NCBI GenBank assembly: GCA_964016885.1
Contig: OZ024740.1
Span: 275,714,001-275,778,000 of the forward strand
Source: Eledone cirrhosa
Lineage: Eukaryota
DNA length: 64,000 nt
Direction of reading: 5' to 3'
Shown: one piece after another, positions 52,544-64,000 of the stretch
How positions within the stretch are numbered: position 1 is the first letter of the stretch
How the letters are laid out: every line of letters begins with the position of its first letter
Program-made: the position numbers and the translations under genes
The notes under the pieces: model-generated
Told to the model about the DNA's origin: nothing
The model's database searches: none
What the model saw: only the letters and a program-made list of their open reading frames with translations

Positions 52544-53843
52544 AGCGCTTGGTGACTGGAATGTCTTCAGGCGCTCACGGCCCTCGACCAGTCGGAAAAT
52601 GTGTTCGGTGGAAACTTCACCTTGGCGTTCTATAGAGGATTAGTGGAGGCACATGGCTTAGTGGTTAGAGCATTGGCCTTGCAATCGAAAGGTTGTGAGT
52701 TCAATTCTGAGGCCGGGTGATGTGTTGTTTCCTTGAGCAAGACACTTTATTTCACATTGCTCCAGTTTACTAAGCTGTAGAAATGAGATGATAAGGACTG
52801 GGGTCCATATCATTCCACTGCAAAGTGGTCGTGGAGGTGCCACGACAAAAAAGCACCCAGCACTCACTGCAAATGAGGTTGGTGTTAGGAAGGGCATCCA
52901 GCTGTAGAAATCAAGCCAGAATCAGTTCCCGTCCCACCCTTGCAAGCAGGGAAAAAGCGGATGTAAAATGAAATGATGATGATGATGATGAAGAGTGACG
53001 ATGTACTTGGGGAAACTCTAGGCGTCGACGAAAATCAACTAGCCAATCTCTTCGGAAGAACTTTCGGGCCGTGGCCTATGGACAATTTCCAGAAATCCCT
53101 AGCCTGGCAGTGCTACCAAGGAACATCGCCAGTTTGGGATAAACTCTACAGGCATGGAGGTGCCGTCAGCCGGGCATATCCGAGATACATGCAAGGTGAT
53201 GAAACGATCCTGCACGCACTCGTCTAGTGTCCGAGCATTGCTGACTTGTGGGTTTATGTCGAACACCTGCTGTCGCATGTAGGACGGATCCAGCTATCAG
53301 CTGAGTCCATCGTGAGGATTGCCCCGCCCTCTTCCTATAGCCGGGAAGGGTAGGCAGTTTTTATCTGTCTGGTGGCCATGGCGAAAGTGATAGTATGGTG
53401 GACACGTTTGAAAGGGCTGAAGACGAGCACTTACCTCTTCGGTGATGCCCTGATTGACTTTTTCAAATTTCCTTTGAAAAGGAAAATCAGGGTAGAAAGG
53501 GAAGTGCTCTCTTCCCAGCATTTTGTTGAAAGATGGGTGAGAGAGGCAAGAATGGCCCGAGTGAATGGGCCTACTCTGAGTATGTATCTGTAAATTAAAG
53601 GTGGAAAACTGGGAGAGGGCACTTGCCCTGGTGGTCAGGGTCACTGTGGCTTTTTAATGGGCTTTCTCCACAAATGTCCCTCGGAAGTCACCCCCCTATT
53701 GGGGAATTTTTTCATTGTTCTATTATTACATCCTCTGTTTCTTGTTTTTTACATGCAGAAATGCCCATTTGTACCGTCCTGTATTGTCCTGTACTGTCCT
53801 TAATGTCTACTTTATGTGAACCCTTGTGGTTAATAAAGAAAAC
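52544..53843 (+). mobile_element. Tx1/L1-like LINE 3' end, interrupted by a SINE, flanked by (ATT)n
   Basis: LAWQCYQGTSPVWDKLYRHG...ETILHALV*CPSIADLW (degenerate C-terminal zinc motif); aataaa then (ATT)n. Confidence 0.7.
52645..52990 (+). mobile_element. Full-length CORE-like SINE with an RTE tail
   Basis: Match to 26910-27249. Confidence 0.9.
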
Positions 53844-53859
53844 ATTATTATTATTATTA

Positions 53860-53904
<45 letters not shown>

Positions 53905-54317
53905 TCCTTGCTTTGTGTGTGTTCACCCCAATGAGGTAACTTTCAATCATCTCAAATATACTATTAGCAAATGTAAGTATTAGTTATAAGTTGATTCTAT
54001 GAATCTCAGCAATACTTTTCTGAACCTGATATAGTAACAGCAGGAATTAAACTGAACACTAAGGAATCTGATTAAAGAAAAATCGATGCACCCATCTTTT
54101 GTGTTTTCTTTATCTTTTTGTTTCCTTTTCCATTCTTTTTTCTATTTATCATCTCCATATCTTGTTCTTTTACTTGTTTGCTTTCTTTTTGTAATTTTTA
54201 CATCATGTTATATATATATATCTGTATATATGGATATATATATATCATCATCATCATCATCATTTCATTTTACGTCCGCTTTTCCCTGCTTGCAAGGGTA
54301 TCCATATACACTCACAC

Positions 54318-54349
<32 letters not shown>

Positions 54350-54410
54350 TGTCCCACTCTTGCAAGCAGGGAAAAGCAGACGTAAAATGATGATGATGAT
54401 GATGGTGATG

Positions 54411-54445
<35 letters not shown>

Positions 54446-54562
54446 CATATATATACATATATATATATATATATACATATATATACATATATATATATAT
54501 ACATATATATATATACATATATATATACACATATATATGTATAGACATATTTATATATATAT

Positions 54563-54974
54563 AGTAATAGAGAAGACCCGCCTTACCTAAATACATAGTA
54601 AAACCTACTGCAGTCAGTAGGCATCTCTAACAAAATACACCACCGTCCCCCCCCATCCACACCGCCCCCTTCTATGTAAAGTTATGCTGGTGCCACACCA
54701 TCCAGGCCGAAACGAATGAGATCGTGTAGGTGTCACGACAAAAAAACACACAGTCCATGCTGTAATGTGGCCGTGTAGGCAACACGGTAAAAACCTCCCA
54801 GACCCACACTGTAAATGTGGTTGGTGTTAGGAAGGGCATCCAACTGTAGAAAACCTGCCAGACAGTCCTATGCGAGCAAGACAATCACTCTTGCCTCAAG
54901 TGGGAAAACCCCCGTCCAAACCCATGCAAGCGTGGAACACGGACGTTAAACGCTGATGATGATGATGATGATGA

Positions 54975-54977
<3 letters not shown>
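54563..54977 (+). mobile_element. RTE 3' end (subfamily of 1477-2019)
   Basis: gtaatagagaagacccgccttacctaa through (gat)n; (AT)n flanks. Confidence 0.88.
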
Positions 54978-55015
<38 letters not shown>

Positions 55016-55395
55016 GACAAGGGCTTGTGGTTTAGGAGTTTGGTTCACAACTATGTGGTTTTGGATTCACTACCGCAATCATCCCAACATACAATCCATA
55101 CATTTCAGGAAATATGATAGAGAGAATGTGAACACTAAGTTCTTCTCAGATGAAGAATGTACCAATCAACATAGACTAGTGATAAACAGCCCGATAAAAA
55201 GACTAGGTTTACTCAGAGACTTTTTTTTCTTCATCTTGACTCATCCCTCCAACGGAAGTGAAGCATGTTCAAAGTTCATGTTCCAGACTTACCAATTTCT
55301 CATCACAGCAAGAAGATCCTGTCCAGTGAGACCATTGTCCCTTGTCAACAATTAGCAGTGGTCATCATGTAGTTACAGCAGCAATAAAACTTAGC

Positions 55396-55442
<47 letters not shown>

Positions 55443-55692
55443 AAGAGATATTTAATTTGTTGGTTATTCAATAAATTTATTTATAACAGATTCAAAGCAC
55501 TCTACAAGTATTCTGGAGTATAATATTAAACCTGAACCGATAAGGTTTGGTTTCTTGGGTATGTCACCATTTATCAAACAAATTTTGTATTTTATCTGAT
55601 GGGAGCATACCAAAATTTTGGTACCCTTGAAAAATTATATAACAAAATAAATATGGTTTTATAAATATAGTTTCCATTTATTAATATCATTC

Positions 55693-55728
<36 letters not shown>

Positions 55729-55812
55729 CAGGGTTTTATGTTAAACTAATTGACATATTTGGTCTACCACGCAGGGTTCTGAGTCTACTCTGATTGAATG
55801 GACATTTGAAAA

Positions 55813-55865
<53 letters not shown>

Positions 55866-56932
55866 AGTTTTTTATACAAATTTATAACGTTTGCATTACT
55901 CTATATATATTATTGGATTTTCACAGTAATGGCTTTATCTCACATAATTATCTCACATACTATCGAATCTATGAGATTTTGATATTTATTTTGAGAACAA
56001 TACCTTAACATAATTATGAGTGGCCGGTTATGACTGGTTGGAACAAAGAATTCCAGCTGGATATCGCCAGTTTAAATGCAAAAGGGCTATGGTTCAATAA
56101 TTTGCTCCTTTTAGCTCCGTTCCCTAAGTGGCTGCATATTAAGCCAAATGGTGGCATCAGCACTGGATATAATCAACAATGTATGAATGTGGAGTGTGTC
56201 TATGTTTCTTACTATCCATGTGAGATGTCATTGATCATATTTCCAAAAAAATACATTGTATTTTAATTCATTAATGAAGTATTTAGAGGGATTTACTACA
56301 ATTATAATTTCATTTTTATGATGGTATTTGTAACATAGCAAAAGGTTCTTATATAAAATTATACTGGAAGATTATAAGGGGAGCCCTTAAGATGTGTGTT
56401 TTTTTTCTATAGATCAATCAATCAAATCACTCGACAGAATCCCAGACCTCGCTGGCTTACCGAGTGTGGTGGAATTCGTCAAATTGTATGTAGGAAACAA
56501 TGTTTCCATTGGTTATTCTATTGCTGATACTTTCTACTTGTTACAACTCATTTCTAGTGTATGGCTGCTATTTCTGAGCAGTGTCACATTGGGTCATTTA
56601 ATATTCAGATTGTACAAATGATATATAATACCAACCCTGTTAGAATATTCTAAGCATGTTCATAACTTTTGCTTCAAATATATTTTGCTAGTATATAATT
56701 TTTTCTTTATATTTTGTTTCAGCTTTTTTCAAGATTAATAGAAAAAATACAATTTTAATAAGAACATAAAAACAAGCTGTGATGATAATGTTATTGATGT
56801 TGATGATGATGATGATAATAAGAAGAATTATTAATATTTCATTTTATTTTTCCCAAGGGACCATACATTCCATACAAAATATGTGACAAAATAGTTAAAT
56901 TCACCCCCCTCCCCATATATATATATTATATA

Positions 56933-57005
<73 letters not shown>

Positions 57006-57006
<1 letters not shown>

Positions 57007-57188
57007 TGGACTGCTGAAAAGTTCTTGTTAAGTGTATCATGAAAAGGTAGAGCTGTTACCTTTACAGGGGAGGTGGGACTATTGCAATAAGTGTGTGAAT
57101 CTGAGAGGAATAAGTTCAATAAAATCATAATTAACTGATCTTCCAGTATTTTCTTTTATCCAAATCCAGGAACTTTTCGGCACCCCAG
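57006..57188. mobile_element. Mariner-like MITE in (TA)n
   Basis: TIRs ctggactgctgaaaagttcttg / caggaacttttcggcaccccag with TA flanks. Confidence 0.7.
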
Positions 57189-57201
57189 TATATATATATA
57201 T

Positions 57202-57510
57202 AAAGAAAATTTCGCTCTACATAGCTGAATACAATAAATGTAATCTGAGTTTTTCGAATATTAATAATAACGTTCGATTCGTTTGCAATTATGCAAACAA
57301 GCCTCAATTTTATAGCCATGTCAGTAGAATGAACACTTCATTCTTGCTCTTGTGTTGGCATGCCGACAGTGTATGCAGTTCTGTTCGCATGCCAACACAA
57401 GAGCAAGAATGAAGTGTTCATTCTACTGACATGGCTATAAAATTGAGGCTTGTTTGCATAATTGCAAACGAATCGAATGTTATTATTAATATTCTAAAAA
57501 CTCAGATTAC

Positions 57511-57516
<6 letters not shown>
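57202..57516. mobile_element. Foldback element (palindrome 57234-57516, ~32-nt tail on the left) in (AT)n
   Basis: ~135-bp near-perfect arms; second copy at 60068-60381. Confidence 0.85.
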
Positions 57517-57556
<40 letters not shown>

Positions 57557-57561
<5 letters not shown>

Positions 57562-58126
57562 ATCCATGTGCAACCATGCAGTATTCTTCTCCCCATATTT
57601 TTCATATATTTACCTAAACTGCGATTTTCTGTTTCTCTCTTTCTCTCTTACTGCTCCCTCGTTCTCTCTGTTTCTCTTACCTTCTTTCGTCCCCTCTGTC
57701 AGTTAACACTTTCTTTCGACTGACCTCTTCCTCGCACTTCCACTCACTCACTCTCTGTTTCTTCCCTTCTCACTTCCTCCCGTTCGCTAGGAGTCGGATC
57801 TTTCTTTCTCACATCCCATTCACAGCGAAAGGTCTGTTTACTAAGCGCTCATGAATTCACCCAGATTATGCTGATTGAATAACCATGTTGCTTGTTTTCT
57901 TCCCATCTTCGGTTAGCCTTTCTTCGATGTTGTTTACTTGTCTCACTCACTTTACGCGTTTCACTTGTCCCAATAGCTTATTTTAGTTATTGCTCGCACC
58001 AACGTGAGGTATATGATTTTTAATGCGATGAAATACCAATGATCGTTGGCAAATCACTGATGAGGGACTAATTTTATAATATGTAATCCATGTGCAACCA
58101 TGCAGTATTCTTCTCCCCATATTTTT

Positions 58127-58128
<2 letters not shown>
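57557..58128 (+). repeat. ~524-bp unit with a 48-bp terminal direct repeat, in (AT)n; pLTR/retrozyme-like
   Basis: atgtaatccatgtgcaaccatgcagtattcttctccccatatttttca at 57557 and 58081; CTGATGA at 58057. Confidence 0.7.
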
Positions 58129-58188
<60 letters not shown>

Positions 58189-58363
58189 TAAAATACCATT
58201 ATAACAAATTTTTCAGTATAACAAAATCTTTTCAATCCCCAGCCACATGCACGATGGGTTAGGTCAATCTCATAATAAAGAATTTTTCATTACAACAAAT
58301 TTTTTTTTATACCCCGTGAATTTCATTATAACAATTTTACTGCATGTATATATATATATATAC

Positions 58364-58456
<93 letters not shown>

Positions 58457-58756
58457 ATATGTAAACAGAAATAACAACACAATCGGTACAGTATATGGAA
58501 GGAATATATTAGGTTAACGCTTGAAATAGTAGAGAGAGTGATAGAGAAGTGGAGAAGAGATAGCATAAACATGATGTTAAACATTTTTTTCATTAATCTA
58601 TCTTTAAAATACTTCATTTTTGTATTTGTTTTGCAAGATTCTTGATGTGAAATCATGAGTTATACTTTTGGTGTGTCATGTTGGCAATAAAGCCATGCAC
58701 AACAATTAAGTTTAACTGTGATTTCACTATTAATTAGGTAATACTAATCCATTTGT

Positions 58757-59040
58757 GAAGGCACATGACTTAGTGGTTAGAGCATTAGGCTTGCAATCGA
58801 AAGGTTGTGAGTTCAATTCTCGGACCGGGTGATGTGTTGTTTCCTTGAGCAAGACACTTCATTTCACATTGCTCCAGTTTACTTAGCTGAAAATGTGTAC
58901 CAGCAATAGCTGGAGGTTTAACCCTGCGATGGACTGGCGTCCTGTCTAGGGGGGAGTCTTGTACTCTCAGTCGCTTCACGCCATAAAACCGGGATAAGCA
59001 CCGGCCAAATGAGCCTTCTGGCTTAAGACAGACCTTAAAC
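58757..59040 (+). mobile_element. SINE with the same tRNA/CORE-like head but a different tail
   Basis: Head matches 52645; diverges after cagtttacttagctg into aaccctgcgatggactggcgtcctgtc... Confidence 0.8.
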
Positions 59041-60021
59041 ATTTTTTTTTTTTAGACTAATCCATTCATCAGTCAGTTGGACAACGTTCTTTTGTAACAC
59101 ATTTTGTGACCTTCTCAATGAATATTTTGATGATCGGTGTCTTTTGTTCATTTTGGTTTGGTTCTAGTTACTACATCTTGTTATTTCTACCATTGAAAAG
59201 ATCACAAAATATGAGATGAAAATGCTTTCCTATTTAAATAGTTAACCAGTTCCTAAACCAGCCAGTGAATGGATTAGTTACCTTGCTAATAATAAAGCTC
59301 GAGTAAATCTCAACTGGAGCATGTAGTTTTTATTGGCAGCATGATCCTTAAATTGTATAGCAATATCTTTACAATGTTCTCTGAATTCAGACCATAACCC
59401 CTATTTAATCATCCATATGTTTCTTCGGGTCTATATTGTTAATTTGGATAACTACCAATATCAGGCAGTCCCAGATGAGGAGTGCTTCTTTATGTGTATC
59501 ATGTTTGCCTTCAGTGTGAGCTTGTTTCTTTTCTATTCGTTTTTGATACATTTTCCTTTTTATTTTTTTTTTTGCTTTGTCTGACAAATAGCTACTCCAT
59601 TTTCTTTTCAACTCCACAAGATATAGCTATTGTAGAGTAACACTGCTGACCATAGCCTCTGACTGGTTCTGTACTGAGGAAGCAGATCTCTCATCTTCTT
59701 GGTACTCAACTTCTTCATTGGGTCTAGGTAAAAGTAACACTGCAGAAGTGGAAATTTCTTCCGGTCTACCTATTTTGGACTTCTGTCTGGTGTTGTTCTG
59801 AAAATATTTTCTGGGGCCTGCAGATATTCTTGCTGTTTCTTCTGTTGTTTGTTGCCCTCTTTCCATATTTGCTTATCCTACTACCCTAGGCAGAAAGTTT
59901 TCAAGTGGCTCTTAATTCCCCATGTATAAAGACTCTTATCCTACTCTATATGAAGCATTAAATTAATATCAACATTGAACTGTATTTTTTCCCTGTGTTG
60001 TTTCTCTTCAACTTATCACAT

Positions 60022-60067
<46 letters not shown>

Positions 60068-60073
<6 letters not shown>

Positions 60074-60381
60074 GTAATCTGAGTTTTTTTAATATTAATA
60101 ATAACATTCGATTCATTTGCAATTATGCAAACAAACCTCAATTTCAAAGCCATGTCAGTAGAATGAACCACCCTTCATTCTTGCTCTTGTGTTGGCATGT
60201 AAACAGAACTGTTTACATGCCAACACAAGAACAAGAATGAAGGGTGGTTCATTCTACTGACATGGTTTTGAAATTGAGGCTTGTTTGCATAATTTCAAAC
60301 AAATCGAATGTTATTATTAATATTCAAAAAACTCAGATTACATTTATTGTATTCAGCTATGTAGAGCGAAATGTTTCCTTT
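60068..60381. mobile_element. Second copy of the 57202 foldback family, tail on the right
   Basis: Palindrome 60068-60347; tail tgtattcagctatgtagagcgaaatgtttccttt. Confidence 0.85.
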
Positions 60382-60402
60382 ATATATATATATATATATA
60401 TG

Positions 60403-60702
60403 TGTGTATAAGAGGGATAGGCTGTAGTGTGCGAGAGAGAAGACTGCATTGGTATGGACATGTGATATGTATGGAGGATGACCACTGGGTAAAGAAGTCC
60501 CAAGAAATCCCAGTAGAAAGAAGATGCAGTAGAGGAAGACCACAAAAAACATACATAGAGGTGGTGAGAGCTGACCTCAGATTCCTGAAGCTCACGGAGG
60601 AGATGACAAAGGACCGTGACAAATGGAAGAGATGCTGTGCTGAATAGGATCCATCCCACCCTTGTGAGCAGGGAAAAGCAGACATAAAATGATGATGATG
60701 AT
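60403..60702 (+). mobile_element. RTE 3' fragment (third subfamily)
   Basis: CIRGIGCSVRERRLHWYGHVICME...; (GAT)n tail. Confidence 0.85.
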
Positions 60703-61662
60703 ATATATATGGATGAAGGAAAGATGTGGCATTGGAGTTAGAGTGTTAGGCACATCTATGTAAGGTTCTGAGTTTGATTCCTTGCAGTGTGTTGTGTCAT
60801 TGGGTAAGAAACTATTTCATATTTTTTCAGTCTACTCAGCTGGTAAAAATCAGTTGTACCTGTAATTCAAAGGGCCAGCTTTGTCGCATTCTATGTCATG
60901 CTGAATCTCCCTGTGAACTACATTAAGGGTATATGTATCTGTGCAAGGCCTATTAATTTTATGATCAGGTTGTTCAGTTGACTAAATCAATTGGTATACT
61001 CATTGTTGGAACCAATGAAGGTTTAACATCAATATGTTAGTTTTTATGTTTTTGTGTGTGTGTATAATATTTTCAACACTTATCTAACACCTATTTTTCA
61101 AATTATATATGTTTTCTATTATTGTTTATATTTTTTTATTTTTTATTTCAATATTCTTCTTGTTTTCTTAACCTCCTCTGATACCCCATTCCACACCACA
61201 TCACATCACCCAAACAATTTTACTATAAATTCATTTTCTTTTAAATTTCAGCGCTATTTCAGTTTAAATGTAGACAAGCGCATCCCAATATAAACCAATA
61301 ATCAGAGATTACTTCTGAAGCACCAAAGACTTTAAGCAGTTGACAAGTCTGATAAAAGCCTTCTAATCAGAGAATTTCTCAGCCAGATTTATCAGAAATA
61401 GTTTGCGTCTTATGTATGTATCGTGCTGGATAAAGTTGACAATAATAGCAATAAGAAATACTATTACTGATGATGAAGATGATGAAGATGATGATGTTGT
61501 TAGCAATGACAACAAAGATGACAGCAACGATGATTATGATGAAGATCGCGATGTTAATTCTTTGAAATATATGTTAGTTATTTATGTGTTTGTGTGTATA
61601 TATACAAATATACATAAATATGCATACACAAGTGTTAACAATGTACATGCATAATATATGTA

Positions 61663-61699
<37 letters not shown>

Positions 61700-62789
61700 G
61701 GGGGGGGGGTATGTATATATATATATATATACATGTGTGGGGGTTGTGTGATATTCACTAAAGATTATGGAAATAATTTACATTAAAATTCTATTTTGGA
61801 CACAAAGTTGATGCAGCCCTTGTTCTGAACTTGCTCTAAACATAGCCACCTCATCAGCAGAGAGATGCTGTTTCAATCCTCTCAGAATGCTCAAGATTTA
61901 CCAGAATAGGAATTTTAAGTATGGCCATGCCAAAATTTAGGATGAAAATCCATGTAATTGAATATGAAATTCACATTTAAATTATATTCGGTCTCTTTCT
62001 TAAACCCCAATCATTATAGTTTGTATGTCAACAAAATGGAAAATGTTTCGAATCTATAAGATAAACATGTGCCAAAATTCTGTAGAGTAGTGATGTAATT
62101 ATAAAATATTGCTTACCCCACTATACCCTGTGAAGTGGTCATGTTGGTGACGCAACAAAAGCACCCAGTCAACTTTGTAAATGTTTCATTCTAAACGATA
62201 AGTGTGTGTCTAAATTCTGTAAAGTAATGATGTAATTATACAATATTACTTTACCCAACCCACCCCAACCTATAAATTGGTCACACAGCAAAAAGCATCT
62301 GGTTCCCCTTTTAAGGTAGTTGTGCTGGTGACATGATGAAAAATATCTAGTCCAACCTGTCAGTAGGTCATTTTGGTGCCTACGATAAAAGCACCCAGTC
62401 CATGCTGAAACTGTAGTTGGTGTTAAGAAGGACATCCAGCCAGAGAAACCAAATCAGAAACAGTTCTGTATGAGCAAGACACAATCACCTGATCTGACTT
62501 GCCTCACAACAGGACAACTTGTCTAACCCATACTAGTGTTGAAAATGAATGTTAAATGATGATGGTGATGAATATGAATATGAGGATGATATGAGCATGG
62601 ATGTCTGCACTGTTGTTACTTAGCCCTAAGTTAGACCTTATTCAGCAGACCTATGATGAAAAGCATTCAAGTCATGACCAGCCAATCTTTTGTTTTTATA
62701 GAAAAATGGCACTATTTATCTTAAAGGATCAGTAATTACTTGTCACATGGAATATAACTTCTAGCAGTGATAAAGTTTCACAATTTGGT

Positions 62790-63032
62790 GTGATATAATT
62801 TTTGTGCCCAGTCCACTCTGTAAATGTGGTTGGCATTAGGAAGAATATCCAGCCATAGAAAATAAGCCAAAATCAGTTTTGTATGAGCAAAATCATCTGA
62901 TCTGATTTGTCTCACAAAGGGACAATTCGTCTAACCCATGCTAGCATGGAAAAATGGATGTTAAAAGGTGATGATGATGATGATGATGATGATGACGATG
63001 ACGACGACGACGATGATGATGATGATGACGAC

Positions 63033-63078
<46 letters not shown>
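62790..63078 (+). mobile_element. Degraded RTE-tail element with an expanded (GAT/GAC)n tail
   Basis: ctaacccatgctagcatggaaaaatggatgttaaaa followed by ~110 nt of GAT/GAC. Confidence 0.7.
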
Positions 63079-63080
<2 letters not shown>

Positions 63081-63554
63081 TCTTCTTTGTGATTCTTTGC
63101 TGTAACACCACATTCGCCAGTTTGTCTGCCAGGATCATGAAACATTTCCATGACTCATTCTGATAGAATATTTTAAGTTTATATTATAAAGTTAAAATAT
63201 CAAATAAAAGACTACACAGAACATTAGGAATCACAAAATCAAGGAAAATTGATAAGAATAAATAAAACACCTTATGTATTATTAAACATTTTCTAGATTC
63301 ATTTTCTTTGTAGTTATTTCAGCCTTATGATTCAATGTGTTCAAGTTGAGACCATCCATTTATTTTTTCAAGCAGAGTAACCAGTTGTACATTATCTGAT
63401 GTCTTTCTATTTTTTAAGTAATAGGGTGTGATTTGAAGGAGATTTAGTAACTATTTTTAGGAGATTAAGTGACCAGATAGATGATCCTTTGTTGGCTTGG
63501 TTCCCTTGATAGCATTTATTGTTTGTTGTTGTTTTTATTGTGATAAATGAATTG

Positions 63555-63591
<37 letters not shown>

Positions 63592-64000
63592 TGTAGTAGC
63601 CTAGATGTTATCACATCTAGTTTAATACCTCTCATTTTCCACATGTCTTATTGACTTCAATCAATACTAGTAATACACTGAGTTTTGTTTTTTAACTTCT
63701 ATTTGCTTTACCTACTCCTTCCCTTTCCTCTACGATCATCATCATTTAAATAATTGCCTTCTGGCTAGGCAAAATGAAATCGTCATTATTCTATAATATT
63801 TAGATTATTTTCGCTTTATTATTATCATTTCCATCCCACCAGCATCTGCATTAGAACAAAATGTCGATGAAAGAAAACTACTGGTAATCCAAAGTCCTAT
63901 ACACACAAGCACACGCACATACAAAAATGCATGCAACCATACACAAATGCACACACAGAGGCAGACAGGGATTTGTTTTGAAAAGTAAGTGACATTGTTT

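Noticed and set aside
57234-57516. Palindromes as miRNA precursors or simple TIR MITEs
   Set aside because: The arms are too long and perfect for a pre-miRNA, and the conserved one-sided tail does not fit symmetric TIR ends
59405-59866. Minus-strand ORFs as a host exon
   Set aside because: No recognisable domain or clear splice signals; more likely a decayed repeat

Overview
Eukaryotic, AT-rich, repeat-saturated intronic/intergenic DNA. The (AT)n/(GAT)n/(AAT)n microsatellites and the SINE/RTE repertoire look like an octopus (coleoid cephalopod) genome, but that assignment is inference. No host protein-coding exon is recognisable. All credible coding sequence belongs to mobile elements: RTE-clade LINEs whose reverse transcriptase carries a PHD-type finger, a BovB-like RTE with a 5' inversion, Tx1/L1-like and R4/Dong-like 3' ends, and a maT/DD37D-type mariner remnant. 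There are also many tRNA-derived SINEs and MITEs. The most interesting layer is non-coding: (i) about four apparently identical 310-bp units at 36751-37970, each highly structured and carrying a type I hammerhead ribozyme motif on the minus strand (a non-LTR-retrozyme/circRNA-like array), and (ii) several unrelated foldback elements with one-sided tails, all sitting in (AT)n tracts, three of them with hammerhead motifs (Penelope-like pLTR architecture). Ribozyme activity, expression and family names were not tested; they are read from sequence only.
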